Source: the human T2T-CHM13v2.0 reference genome, Homo sapiens. From it: a DNA stretch of 64,000 nt. The position numbers were made by a program, and so were the translations under genes. Shown piece by piece: positions 1-35,509 of the stretch. The notes beneath the pieces are model-generated. The model ran no database searches and was not told the DNA's origin. It saw only the letters and a list, made by a program, of their open reading frames with translations. Position 1 is the stretch's first letter. Each line of letters opens with the position of its first letter. The DNA is taken from the NCBI RefSeq assembly GCF_009914755.1, contig NC_060925.1. One strand, given 5' to 3'.

Positions 1-1749
1 GGAGGGTTCCGGCTGTTATATTTGTGCTTCCTCCGGTGTCTGCCTCAAGTCCGGCCCGGGCCCTGACACTGCACCTCTGGCTGACCCCATGCTCTCTGGG
101 ACCCTCTGTCCACGTCCCTCCTCCGGGGTGGAGACAGCGGGGGGAGGGCAGGACACAAGAATGAGTCCTGAAGACTGAGGGGCACGGGGAGAGCTGATGG
201 GGAGGGTCTCCTAGCTGGAGGGACTCCAGGCAGAGCCGGGAGCAAGGCAGGTGGCTGAGCTCGGCCCAGGCTGGGTGGAGGCCAGGCCTCCTGTGCCTTC
301 TCCCGCTGATGGCGAGCTGAAGGGAGGAGGGCGGCCGCTTCCTTGAGGGCCTGAGTCACAGCCAAGAAGACCCGCTCACTTTTTCCAGAAGTGAGGGAAA
401 CTTCCCCGTCAGCCCTGCAAGGCTGGCTGAGGTGTGACTGTGGCCCGCCTGCTGGGCGAGGGTGGGGGACAAGCGGGCCACTGGCTGTGAGCCTCCCCAG
501 GGTGGGGGACCCTCGGCCCAGCTCCCTGCCTGACTACCTGGACGTGCCTCCGCAGGGTCTGCAGCCAGCTTCCGGTCAGACCCCAGGTCCTCCAGCGGCT
601 GCGGCCTTCAGCGTCATCTCCACGGCAGCCCCTGTGTACTGGGGGCTGGGGGGCCTGGCGAGGCCCCTCGAAGTGGTACAGCTTGCACTCTGGGGACCCA
701 AAGTCCCCCCACCGGGCCCAGGCGGAAGCACCAGGCATTTCTGGTCCCAGCCGAGGTCTGAGGTCTGTGGAGCGCAGCCAGCACCTCCACTGCCAAGATC
801 CCCGGCAGGGGGGGTGGGGGGCGCCGGCGGGGACACAGCTCTCCCTTGTTCCTGCCGCCAGCTCCTCAGCCTCAGCCTGCTGCTTCCTTTTTTAGGCAAA
901 GTCGAGTGCTGGCCGTCCGCACGGCCCCGCGGTGTCTCACCTGCCTGAAAGGGAGGAAGGAAGCCTGTGGAGCCCCATCCGTTCTCCCGCGGCGCATCCT
1001 CCAGGAGAGGGTGGGGAAGGAGGAGACATCCTGGCAGACACCCCCCCACGTCCCCCACCTCCCAGCTCTGAGCTGAGGAGGCCCTGGAAGAGGGCCATGG
1101 CTACTCCGAGGGAGGGCCGGGGTAGGGTTCTCCTGTCCAGGGGACACTGCTGGCCCAGCCCCACCCAAGCAGGGGAAATCTGCCCTGGGAGCCACTGTCC
1201 CTCAGGACGCCCCCTGCAACCAGCCACCTCTCGTCTGGGCCTCACCAAGACCCCAAGACTCAAGAGCTCCTGTCTCACCAGTGGGACCCTCCAGTCCTGC
1301 TGGGGGTGTGTCCTGGGTCCTGGAGTCTGGGCCCCTCACTGGGTAGGGTATATGGGTAACAGGCCCAGTGTGGTCCCACTGGACAGGGCCTCAACCAACC
1401 ATCTCCCACTCCCATGCCTCTTCCTCCAAGAAGCCCAGGTGGCGTGGGTGCTTCGAGTCTCTCTCGAATTCCTGTCTTCTGTCCCCTTTCAAGCCACTGT
1501 GTCCTTGTAAGTTCCACCCCATGGTCCTTCCCATCCCTGCTGGTCAGTCCCTGGGATACATGTCCTGTTACTCCAGACACCTATCCGCCTCCAGCGCGGA
1601 GGCCAAGGCGAAACCACGGTCTGGACGTGTTTTTTTGGTGCCACCGCCAGCCCCTGGGGTTCTCTTGGGCCTGGCTGCTGGGACCCCAGCACCCAGAGTC
1701 ACGGCAGTGGTGGGCATGGGGAGGGCCTAGCCTGGTACCTCCCTGCTCG

Positions 1750-2450
1750 GCTCCCGCGGCTGGGGGTCGGAGAGGGGTGGAGAGCGTGGGCCGCACAGCC
1801 TCGGCCGGGAGAGGGAGACTGGAGTGTGTGTGTGTGCGTGCCTGCGCGTGCGTGCCTCGGTCGTATCTCGGCTGGTGCTGCGTGTCCCTGCGTGTCGGGG
1901 TCCGCTCGTGCGCGCCTCTCCGGGGTCTGTGCGCGTGGCCCTCCGCTCGCGCCGGAGGGCGTGGGCGTGGCCTCGGCGTGGGTGTGGCCGCTCGGGGAGG
2001 GGCCTCCCGGGGGCGGGGCCGGCCTGGTCCGCGCGGTGACGCGCCCTGCAGCCCCGAGCGAGCGAGCGAGCGAGCGAGTTGCCGAGCGCGCCCCGTCCCT
2101 CGCGCGCGATGCTCCCCTGGACGGCGCTCGGCCTGGCCCTGAGCTTGCGGCTGGCGCTGGCGCGGAGCGGCGCGGAGCGCGGTGAGTGCGGCGGGCGGCC
2201 GGGCCGGGGCTGGGGCTTCTGGTGACCGCTCTGCGCCGCTGCCCGCGCAAGGCCGTCGCTGTCCCCTGCTCCGGACGGGCGGGCGGGCTGGGAGGCTGCG
2301 GGAGCCGGGCGGGGGCGCGGGCGGAGCGTCCTGCTCACCTGAGGCTGGCGGCCCAGGTGCTCCAGGCGACACCGTCCGTGAGCGCCGGGGCATAGGGGCC
2401 GTCCCGGCCCGCATCTCTGCGGGATCGCGGGCCTGGACAGGAAGAGGGAG
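1750..2450. promoter_or_regulatory. CpG island / promoter of VWA1
   Basis: Very CpG-dense; GC box GGGGCGGGG near 2010; short (GT)n at 1824-1836 and (GAGC)n at ~2055-2078 just upstream of ATG 2109. Confidence 0.85.
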
Positions 2451-5400
2451 ATGTCTGTCAAGGGGGCACCCCTGCCTCAGTTTCCCTACCCTTGCGAGGG
2501 CCCTTAGTGGAGGGATGGTAGGGAAGTTGGAGTCGCCCCACCGCACTGGGGAAAACCGCAAGGCCGGGACTAGAATTGAGGCACGCTGGTGCCCTGGCTT
2601 GGTGGGGAGGGGCGGTGTAGGGGGCATCAGCCTCCACCCCGGAGGTGCCCGGAGGAAGGGGGAAGCCTGCGAGGGGCTGTTCCGGCTTTCAGGCTGCTGG
2701 GGGTTATATCTTGTTGTGTGAGTCCAGGTGGGCTGGAGGATGGAGGCCAGGGGAGGGGCCACCATCTAGTAAGCGGGGTCTGGGCTCCAGCCAGGCCATC
2801 CGGCGTGGTCATTGCTGTGCCTCCGACACCTTCCCCTGCTGCTGTGTGCATGCCCAGGGTGCCTCACCTGCAGGCTGAGCTGCGTGGCTGAACTCCAGCC
2901 TCAGGCTGCTCCTCTGAAAGCCATGCCTGGAGGGAACAGCCCCACGGCTCAGGCCTGTCCTGGGGGCCTAGGCCAGGACTCTTGGCTCCACCTGCTTGCA
3001 GGGTCTGTGAGGAATGGGAAGGTGTGGGGGCTTGGAGCGGAGAGTCGCCCTCTCACAGATGGGATAACACAAGCCCAGAGAGAGCCCTAGATCCCATGGC
3101 CAGTGTGCAGTGAAACCCCCAAAAGTACAGGCCTCTTGCTTAGAGTTCCTCTTTCCCCCAACCTAGGACCTTTGGGAGAAGGCAAGCATCCACTTAAGGA
3201 AAGCTGGGGCCCTGGGGGACCCTGCCTTGCTGTGGGGCTGTCTGGGGGGCCCACACCTGAGGCTGAGCATTCCTCCTTTCCCCCAGGTCCACCAGCATCA
3301 GCCCCCCGAGGGGACCTGATGTTCCTGCTGGACAGCTCAGCCAGCGTCTCTCACTACGAGTTCTCCCGGGTTCGGGAGTTTGTGGGGCAGCTGGTGGCTC
3401 CACTGCCCCTGGGCACCGGGGCCCTGCGTGCCAGTCTGGTGCACGTGGGCAGTCGGCCATACACCGAGTTCCCCTTCGGCCAGCACAGCTCGGGTGAGGC
3501 TGCCCAGGATGCGGTGCGTGCTTCTGCCCAGCGCATGGGTGACACCCACACTGGCCTGGCGCTGGTCTATGCCAAGGAACAGCTGTTTGCTGAAGCATCA
3601 GGTGCCCGGCCAGGGGTGCCCAAAGTGCTGGTGTGGGTGACAGATGGCGGCTCCAGCGACCCTGTGGGCCCCCCCATGCAGGAGCTCAAGGACCTGGGCG
3701 TCACCGTGTTCATTGTCAGCACCGGCCGAGGCAACTTCCTGGAGCTGTCAGCCGCTGCCTCAGCCCCTGCCGAGAAGCACCTGCACTTTGTGGACGTGGA
3801 TGACCTGCACATCATTGTCCAAGAGCTGAGGGGCTCCATTCTCGGTATGCGGGAGGAGGCAGGGCCCAGGGAGCCCTAGCTGGGAGCCGCAGAAGGAGAG
3901 GCTGGGTTGAGACTTTGGGAAGATCTCATGTCCCCAGAGCAGCGGCCAGGGCCTCCGGGGCTGTGGTACCCCTAGGGTGCAGGGCTGAGTGATGCAGCTT
4001 GTCTATGCACACTCTTCACTGGGCGACCCGTGTACCCTGCTGAGACGGGGGCAGGCTTGAGTAGCCACCTCCAGGTGTAGCTCCCTGCTGATGTGTCCAG
4101 CCCAGACCTCGAGGCCCCAGGGAGTGCAGAGCCCGGGTGTAGGCCCAGGAAGAAGCTTCCAAGTCTGGGGACTCTGCAGATGGGCAGCATGTGCTCCTGA
4201 GCATGCCCACCATACCTGGAGAGGGGTGAGCCAGAAAGGTCAGGGACTGCCCCCCCAGAGAGCACAGGGCACCTCTCCTGGGTGGGGACAGCCGCCGAGG
4301 GCTTTGAACTAGTTCGGACTGCAGGCCCACTGTGAGGGTTTCCTGAGAGGCCGGACCAGGGAAGGCCTGAGGCAGGAGCTGAGCAGCTCCCATTGGCTTT
4401 TTTTCTGGACCTCCCTGCCCCAGCCAAGCCCTGAAGGAGCTGGGGCTGGAGATGAGGAACCGGCCACTGGCTCAGCCTGCTGCAGCCACTGAAAAATGCC
4501 AACCCTGGGGATCTCACCAAGTCTCCGTCTGTGGGTTAATCATCCACCCAGAGCCGGAAGGGGTTGGACTGTGGGTTGGAGAGGGGTGGACGGCCCTCCC
4601 CAAGGTTTCCCCAGGGACGTCTGGCCCCTAGTGGCCCCAGGTCACCCAGTGCAGCTGCGCCTGGAGGGGACCAGGAGGAAAGGCTGCCTTAAGCAGCCAA
4701 AGGAAAAGCCTGAGGCTGCAGTGCCGAGGGGCCAGGCAGCAGGGTGGGGGCTCCTGGGAAAGAGGCCGGGTCTGAGGGTGGGGGATGGGAAGAAAGTGGC
4801 CCAGGCACCCAGCACTGCAGGAGGAAGATCCTGATAGCTTTAACCCAGCGCAGACATTTATGAGCCTCGCCACAGCAGGGTCACTCAGAGGGCTATGTGG
4901 GGCTTGGTGTCACAGGTCCAGGAGTCCCCCTCTGGAGAACCCCACCCCACACTCTCCTGGGGACCCAGGGCAGGCAGCGCCTCCAGAACCCCAGGGCCTG
5001 CCCCTGTGGTCTCCCATCTCCTAGCTGCAGCTCAGAGAGCCGGGCTGACCTCAGACCCCGGCCTGGCCACTCAGGCTGGGGCTGGTCCTCTGCTCTCAGG
5101 CACCACCGTGGACTCTGCCGTCTTTGAGGACCTTTGTCCTGGTCACTGATCTGGCCACTGCACCTCTCCACAAAGGACTGGGTTTGGGGCTAAGGGAGGC
5201 AGGGGCGCTTCTGACAGGGCCTGAGGGGGCTGCACCCTTTCCTCCGTCCTCCCCCAGCCAAGGCACGTTCTGAGAATCCCCAGCATCTGCGGGGCATGGC
5301 TCCAGCAGCTCCTTGGCCGCGGGGCCCCGTCTTTCCTAGTGGGGCCTCCAATCTCCAGATCTTCCCCATCAGCCAGGGCCGCCCTCCAGCAGCGGAGGAG

Positions 5401-6147
5401 GAACTGACCGCTGTTCCCTGACCCCCTGCACCACCCACAGACGCGATGCGGCCGCAGCAGCTCCATGCCACGGAGATCACGTCCAGCGGCTTCCGCCTGG
5501 CCTGGCCACCCCTGCTGACCGCAGACTCGGGCTACTATGTGCTGGAGCTGGTGCCCAGCGCCCAGCCGGGGGCTGCAAGACGCCAGCAGCTGCCAGGGAA
5601 CGCCACGGACTGGATCTGGGCCGGCCTCGACCCGGACACGGACTACGACGTGGCGCTAGTGCCTGAGTCCAACGTGCGCCTCCTGAGGCCCCAGATCCTG
5701 CGGGTGCGCACGCGGCCCGGTGAGGCAGGGCCGGGGGCTTCGGGCCCGGAGTCGGGGGCTGGGCCGGCCCCCACGCAGCTCGCCGCCCTCCCCGCCCCAG
5801 AGGAGGCCGGGCCAGAGCGCATCGTCATCTCCCACGCCCGGCCGCGCAGCCTCCGCGTGAGTTGGGCCCCAGCGCTGGGCTCAGCCGCGGCGCTCGGCTA
5901 CCACGTGCAGTTCGGGCCGCTGCGGGGCGGGGAGGCGCAGCGGGTGGAGGTGCCCGCGGGCCGCAACTGCACCACGCTGCAGGGCCTGGCGCCGGGCACC
6001 GCCTACCTGGTGACCGTGACCGCCGCCTTCCGCTCGGGCCGCGAGAGCGCGCTGTCCGCCAAGGCCTGCACGCCCGACGGCCCGCGCCCGCGCCCACGCC
6101 CCGTGCCCCGCGCCCCGACCCCGGGGACCGCCAGCCGTGAGCCGTAA
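2109..6147 (+). CDS. VWA1: von Willebrand factor A domain-containing protein 1 (WARP): signal peptide, VWA domain, two FN3 domains; join(2109..2181,3287..3844,5441..6147), 445 aa
   Basis: Exon 1 MLPWTALGLALSLRLALARSGAER (signal peptide). Exon 2 VWA with MIDAS motif DLMFLLDSSASV and VWVTDGGS. Exon 3 has two FN3 repeats. Canonical GT/AG sites; 73+558+707=1338 nt = 445 aa + TAA. Confidence 0.97.
2159..2178 (+). repeat. Two tandem copies of GGCGCGGAGC in VWA1 coding exon 1
   Basis: GGCGCGGAGC at 2159-2168 and 2169-2178. Confidence 0.95.
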
Positions 6148-6420
6148 GCCGGCGTCCCCGCCCAGCCGAGAGGGCCGGCGCCTACCTGAGGGCCCCTGTG
6201 TCCCGAACCCGGAGCGGAGGCGCCCAACCCGGCAGACGGGTGCAGGCCCGGCCTTTCCCCACGCGGACTCCGCGCGACCCCGGCCCTCTCCCTGCGGCCG
6301 CAGGGCTTCCCCGCCTGGCGCCTGCCCTCCAGGGCTGGGGCCTCGCCTGGCGGGACCCCGCAGCAGCCCCGGCCCCATCCCCGCCCAGAGCCGGGCGTCG
6401 TGTGGGTCCGTGGGTGATAA
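5600..6420. promoter_or_regulatory. Intragenic CpG island over VWA1 exon 3
   Basis: High CpG density through the FN3-coding region and start of the 3' UTR. Confidence 0.7.
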
Positions 6421-7105
6421 TTGAGAGCGTCAGACCCAGGACTGTTCAGGGAGGAGCCCCGGTCAGACTCCCACGTGTGAAGACCGGGCCCCAAGTGGCA
6501 AGGGCTGGCCTGGGGCGGGCAGCTTGGGTCCTGGACGTTGATAGGAAGCGGAAGGGGAATCGCGGGAAGCTGGCCCAGGTCAGGTCCGCAAAGGCTTCTG
6601 AAGAAGAGGAAGGGCGAGTAGGGGCACCTGGACGCTGATGGTGGCCAGGATGCTCAGCTGGCCAGGAGGGCAGCACCTGCTGGGGACGGTGGCCCTGCCT
6701 TCATGCCCAGGACACCAGCTGGGTCCAGCTAGCAGCCACTGGGAATCAGAGGAATGGGGCAGAGCTGGGCATTCAGGACCTTGAGGACACGTGACCCCAC
6801 CCGCCCACCGCCACTATCAGGCCCCGGGACCGCACTGACAGGAAACCTTCCGTCGTGAGGGAGCACTTCCCAGGGGCCGCAGGGACGACACTCTCCAGGG
6901 AGGCCCCAGCAACCACACCATCTTCTTGCTGTGAGAGGTCTCACCCCGGGCTACCTCCTGTCACTACTCACTGCCCTGGGGTCCGTGGGCAAGTTGCCCA
7001 GGGTGGGGGTGCCTAGCCAGGTGCAGTCCCCGCCCCGCCTAGTCCTCGGCGTCACGCAATGCTCACCTCGCCTCTTCCCCACTAACATCCCAGACTTTAA
7101 AATTC

Positions 7106-7111
7106 AGTAAA
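7106..7111 (+). terminator. Candidate proximal poly(A) signal of VWA1 (AGTAAA variant)
   Basis: AGTAAA in an AT-rich patch ~960 nt after the stop codon. Confidence 0.5.
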
Positions 7112-9198
7112 TCAGATGTACACCGAGCCTGCAGTCTCGCTAGGATGCTTTACTCCTCCACAAACAGCAGCCGCCGACAGGACAGCTTGTGAACGTCTCC
7201 GCCTTTTGGGGTGTCCGGGGAGAGGAGGTGGAGCTGTCCCCTCCCAGTGTCAGGCCTCCTTGGTCCTCATGTGCACCTTTTATTCAGAGAGCTTGGGCCC
7301 CCTTCCTTTGGAGCTGGGCCCAGGGCAGGTGGCTGGAATGCAGAGGACAAGGGGGCTGGGGCCTCTGCAGGGCCATTCCCACCGCAGTCTCTGCCACGGC
7401 CCGGAGCCCTGGGCCCAGGGCCACGCGGGCTCCCTCTGCTGGCAAAGCCACACCCTGCACCGCATGGGGTCCACTGCCCCTTTCCCCACGTGGACTCTGC
7501 GTGACCCCAGGAACTGCAGCATTGAGGTGGTCTCAGTCCCTCCCTCAGGTCTGGTGGGCATTGTGCCAGGGGCCACCTTCGGGACAGCTGGCCTTGGCAC
7601 CGTCTCCCAAGAACCCAGCTCTGTGCATCCCGTGGCCCCACCAGAAACCCAAGGCCACACCGCCCACCAGCTGGGTGTGGTCACCATTCATGGAGGGCCG
7701 GCTGGGGCCAGGCTCACCACGCAGAGTTTGCCCTCCGGTGTGATGATGCATGAGACACAGTAGGCCCCCCTGCCTGTGTGTGCAGGGGGTGTCTGTGGGG
7801 GGGCCCTGCTGGCTGGACTTTGGGTTTCTCCTGAGCTCCCCTTAGCCCCCAAGTCAGGCCACGGAGGCCTGAGTAGGACCCATGGGCTGTGTGTGTCACT
7901 GCAGGTGGCGTGCTCACAACTGCACTGCTGGTCGGCAGGTGGCCAGGGTTGCAGGCCCGGGCCTCGGGCCCCACCTCCTCTGGAGGGGTAGGATCTCCTT
8001 CGTGCAGCCCCTGCCCCCTACCCTGTTCTCCGGAGTGTTGGCAGATCTGAGCCCACGGTCACGTGAGAGGAGATGCCTCTTGCACACTGAGCCCAGGCCC
8101 AGCTCACGGAGCACCCTGCAGGTGGCAGCGGGGCACCAGGGGCTCATTCCTGGTGGCCTCAGTGGCTTCTGTGGACGACTCAGACTCACATGAGAAGCTG
8201 GGAGGAGCTCCAGCTCTGCAATCCCGAGAGGGCAGAGCGGGGGCCCTGGCCACAACCCTGCTCCCCACATACCCGTCTGGCAGAGGCTCTGCCTCCCCTC
8301 TGCCCATCTCTGCACACCAAGGCTGAGCACAGCACAAGGCCTCACGGAGAGGGTGAAAAGGCACTGCCGTCTCCATCTCAGTGCCAAGGAATGCCCCTTT
8401 CAGAAGCCCTCGTCTGAGAAGTGCTGCCCCTTATGTAGCCCCAGGCATTTTAAAATCTTTGAATCTGCACCAAGTCTCAGAACAGCTCTGGCCCCGGAGT
8501 GCTCCGTCCAGGCCGCTGTGAACCGGCTGTCCCCGCGTCTCCTCCACCTCCCCTGACACAATCCTGGCCCCGACTCAGTCCACCCAGGGTGCAGTGCAGA
8601 GGCTGATACCCGCCAGGACTTCCTTGCCAAGGGCCCGGCCACGTCACAAGGCCACTGCACGCTTTTCGACATGCACCTGGAAATCGGGAAGGGCCATGCT
8701 GCAGTTGCTTCTAGTTGAGACGAGAAGAGCGACAAGGTTGTGATCCACGTGGCAGGTGTTCAGAAGGCTGGGGGCGGGCAGCGCTGGGGAGAGCCCTGGG
8801 TACTTCGAGGAGACCCCGAAGGGAGGCTGCTCCCACACCTGCGCCAGTTTCCACCCTCTCTGTGAGCAGGGCTGCGGTCACCTCCCACATCTGAAGAGAA
8901 CCAACCTGAGGATTTCACGCTGGCTGCGTGCCAGACCAGTCCCTGACAGGTTGTGCGAGGCCCTTCGCTGGACAGCCCATTGCTGGCCACTGGACGGAGA
9001 GGCAGAGGGGGCTGAAATTCGGGCCCATGCCTCTGTGAGCGATGACGGAGCAACAGCTCTCCAGCACGTGAAGCTCTCCAGACAGCTGTTCGTGAGAAGC
9101 CAGACAGAGGCCTGGGGTCTCAGTCCAGATTTCTGGGGAGTGGGGTGTCCAAGCGTGGGCCACGCTGCTGGGAGCCACCTAGGGAAGCAGGTCGCCTG

Positions 9199-9676
<478 letters not shown>

Positions 9677-9732
9677 CAGTCCCCGAAGCACAGCCCACAT
9701 GACAGCCTCCCGCCAGAGAGAGGACAGTTTAG

Positions 9733-10505
<773 letters not shown>

Positions 10506-10718
10506 ACTGCTGCTTTCGTTTGCCTCTCGAGAATCAGTGCACTTTGAGGAGTGCTGGCAGGGGCTGATGGCTTTCAGGGAGCCCTATGGAGAACTGGGAG
10601 CCCTGCTTTTGGTGGGTGGTTGGGGCGGACCAGTAGCCCAGGGCCATACACTGGGGGCCGTGGCTCAGGAGGGTCCAGTTGGGCAGCTCTTCTTTTGGTT
10701 GTGCGAGGACCTGCCCAT

Positions 10719-10815
10719 TGGGGAAGGAGCAGGGGGCCCATGCTGGCCCAGGCTGAGACCAGAACGAGTGGGGAAGGAGCAGGGGGCCCATGCTGGCCCA
10801 GGTTGAGACCAGAAC
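10719..10815 (+). repeat. 50-bp direct tandem duplication
   Basis: TGGGGAAGGAGCAGGGGGCCCATGCTGGCCCAGG(C/T)TGAGACCAGAAC at 10719 and 10769. Confidence 0.9.
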
Positions 10816-10862
10816 TACTGGGTCATTTTGGAAGCTGGAGAGAAGGAATAGGAATGGGACCT

Positions 10863-13661
<2,799 letters not shown>

Positions 13662-14303
13662 TAGTAGAGACAGGGTTTCACCGTGTTAGCCAGGATGGTC
13701 TCCTGACCTCGTGATCTGCCCATCTCGGCTTCCCAAAATGCTGGGATTACAGGCGTGAGCCACCGCGCTCAGCCTTTTTTTTTATTTTTTATTTTTGAGA
13801 CGGAGTCTTGCTCTGTCACCGAGGCTGGAGTCCAGTGGCACGATCTTGTCTCACTGCAACCTCCGCCTCCTGGGTTCAAGTGATTCTCCTGCCTCAGTCT
13901 CCCGAGTAGCTGGGACTATAGGCACAGGCTGACACACCCGGCTAATTTTGTGTATTTTAGTAGAGACGGGGTTTCACCATGTTGCCAAGGCTGATTGCAA
14001 ACTCCTGAGCTCAGGCAATCCACCCGCCTCGGCCTCCCAAAGTGCTGGGATTACAGGCATGAGCCACTGCACCTGGCCTACGATGATAACTTATAGCAAA
14101 CTTTACTTTTGCTGAAAACCTTGCGAGTTTGGGATTTTAATTATCCTTTGCTATTAATAAGACTTCATTCAGTCTAATATATATATTTTTTAATGTATAA
14201 GCCACTTCAGGCCGGGCGCAGTGGCTCATGCCTGTAATCCCAGCACTTTGGGAGGCCGAGGCGAGTGGATCACGAGGTCAGGAGATCGAGACCATCCTGG
14301 CTA

Positions 14304-14516
<213 letters not shown>

Positions 14517-14639
14517 TTAAAAGGCATACTTAGAATTGGTATAGATGGTTCCTTCCTGGTTCTGTAAGTACTTTGAGGCTTGGCTGAGTGCAAACAGCTC
14601 TCATGCTTGAGCAGACCAGTTATTAGGAAACTTTCTTAA

Positions 14640-14964
<325 letters not shown>

Positions 14965-15494
14965 TCTTAACTCTATTTCCACAAGAGTTTTTCCTGTTAG
15001 TTACTGATTACCCATTGTGTCTTTTTCCTCGAATCACCTGGGAGGAACTATCTTTAAATAAGTGTCGTCCTGTAATGCACTACGGCCGTCTGTGGGTTAC
15101 CACATTAAGGATAGTTGTCAGTGGCCTCCATGCCTTTCGGTAAGTTGTTTTTTTTTTTTTTTTTGAGACAGAGTCTCATTCGTCGTCGAGGCTGGAGTGC
15201 AGTGGCACTGTGTCGGCTCACTGCAACCTCTGTCTTTCCTGGGTTCAAGCAATTCTCCTGCCTCAGCCTCCTGCATAGCTGGGATTGCAGGCATCCACCA
15301 CCGCACCCGGCTAATTTTTTGTATTTTTAGTAGAGACAGGGTTTCACCATGTTAACCAGGATGATCTCCTGACCTCCTGAACTGCCCGCCTCGGCCTCCC
15401 AAAGTGCTGGGATTACAGGCGTGGTGAGCTGCCACGCCGGGCGTACTCTGGCTTTTAAAAGAATGGGGCACATTGCTTTTTCTTGACTACTTCT

Positions 15495-15800
15495 ATCTCT
15501 CCTTTTCTCTCTCTCTCTAACTCTGTCTCTCTCTCTCTCTGGCTCTCTCTGTCTCTTTGACTCTGTCTCTCTCTGTCTGTCTCTGTCTCACTCTCTAACT
15601 CTGTCTCTCTCTCTGACTCTGTCTCTGCCTGTCTCTCTCTCTCTTTGACTCTCTCTCTCTCTCTGACTTCCTCTGTTCCCTCTGTCAGTCTTTCTCTCTC
15701 TTTGACTCTGTCTCTCTGACTCTGTCTCTCTCTCTCTCTGACTCTCTCTCTCTCTCTGACTTTCTCTGTTCCTTCTGTCAGTCTTTCTCTTTCCTCTAAG
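15495..15800. repeat. (CT)n/(CTGT)n pyrimidine-rich simple repeat
   Basis: ~300 bp of ctctctgtct/ctctgact units. Confidence 0.9.
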
Positions 15801-16489
15801 ATTTTTTTCCCTTTCTCTTAGAATCTCTTCTACAGGCTTATTTTTCTAGTTCTTTCTTTTGTAATTTGTGGTTAATATCTGGCCAACTGTTAGTGACAAA
15901 TTCCTTGCCCAAGAGGATCCTCGACACCTCGACCAGCATATTTTCTCATTTGTTCTTTTAATCTGTCTAAAAATTATGTCGCAGGCCCTTTATCTTTTCC
16001 TTGCTGTATGTTAAATATTCGGGTAAGATTCTGGGTTCCGGGCATGGATTCTTTAATCCCCTTCATGATTAACTCCCCAAGGTCCTGCATATTTTCTCAA
16101 TGGGCCACCGCGCCCGGCCAGAAGATTTTTATGGTAAAATTTTGTGATGGGAAAACTCATCCCGGAAAATGTTGAGACCTGATGCTGAGTCCTCAGCAGC
16201 TCAGAGAATACGTACTTCTGTCCCAGGTCACCCAAACATTGACCTGTGTCGGTTCCCCACTAGGAACAAAATGTAACTGAGGACGTTGTCAGATGCTTGT
16301 CCTCGTCACCCTGAGCTTGTTGGCTGCTATCTAATTCTTATTCTTTCATTTTCTTGCCCGCACGTTCTTGATAGCAGATCACTGACAACAGCCATTGGAA
16401 GCTTAGGAAAAGGGTATGTGCCGGGCGCGGTGGCTCACACCTGTAATCCCAGCACTTTGGGAGGCTGAGGTGGGCGGATCACGAGGTCA

Positions 16490-16741
<252 letters not shown>

Positions 16742-17022
16742 TTAGCCATCGCCTGACTTTCTGTTGAATTGGGAAAGAGCCTCCTCCCGTCCACATGGGA
16801 TGGCCTTCCTGATGTGGCTCTCCAAGACCATCCCTGGAGGGCATAAAACCTCACAAATGCATCAGGCCGTGTGCTGGGGATGGGGCATCGTCACGCCAGG
16901 TCTGACTAGGAAGGAGGATGGGGAGGCAGGGCTGGGGGCTTTGAGGTCGAGGCGTGGCCGTGGATTCCAGAAAGCCCCTTGGCTGGTGTGCGTGCCTGCC
17001 CAGCGGCATCCGTGTATCCTAA

Positions 17023-34903
<17,881 letters not shown>

Positions 34904-34995
34904 GTCCATGGGGAGACCACACCTCACGGAGCCTGGCCGCGGACCCCTCCCACCCCTGCCTTTGCGGCCCCGCACATTTAGGAAATACTCCCCGT

Positions 34996-35001
34996 AATAA
35001 A
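34996..35001 (+). terminator. ATAD3C proximal poly(A) signal
   Basis: AATAAA 92 nt after TGA; homologous to the ATAD3B signal at 62684. Confidence 0.75.
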
Positions 35002-35470
35002 GTCCCACGGGGGCCGCACCGCTGTGTCTATTGGCTGACACGGGGCGGGGTTTGGGGCCCCCTAACGTCCCCCTGGGGTCAAAGGTGACAGAAAAGGCAG
35101 AAGCTGGGGCTTTCTGGAGGATTTAACCACAGAGGGGTGGGCTTCACAGGAGGTGGCTGCCACGGCGGGGCCGGGTGCCCGTGCCCCATCCTGAGGCCGT
35201 GCATACGCGGGTGCCCCTTCGCCTCCCTCCCCTCCGCCAGAGCTGCCTGTGGCCAGACACACGGTGGAGGGAAGTGCACGCGAAACAGACACAGCGGCTT
35301 CAAATAGATGCCGCCCCTGCCCGCGCTTTGCAGCTAGTCCCTGCAAACCTTGATGATGGGGCTGGGCGCGGTGGCTCACGCCTGGAATCTCAGCGAGGCC
35401 AAGGAGAGTGGATCACCTGAGGTCGGGAGTTCCAGACCAGCCTGGCCAACATGGTGAAACTCCATCTCTC

Positions 35471-35509
<39 letters not shown>

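Noticed and set aside
1-1700. Possible divergent lncRNA upstream of VWA1 (minus-strand donor-like site at 936-940) and short ORFs
   Set aside because: No sufficient sequence-intrinsic evidence for exon structure or coding potential
1414-2765. Long ORFs (242-394 aa) over the VWA1 promoter
   Set aside because: Stop-poor CpG-island sequence with Arg/Pro/Gly bias and no recognisable domain
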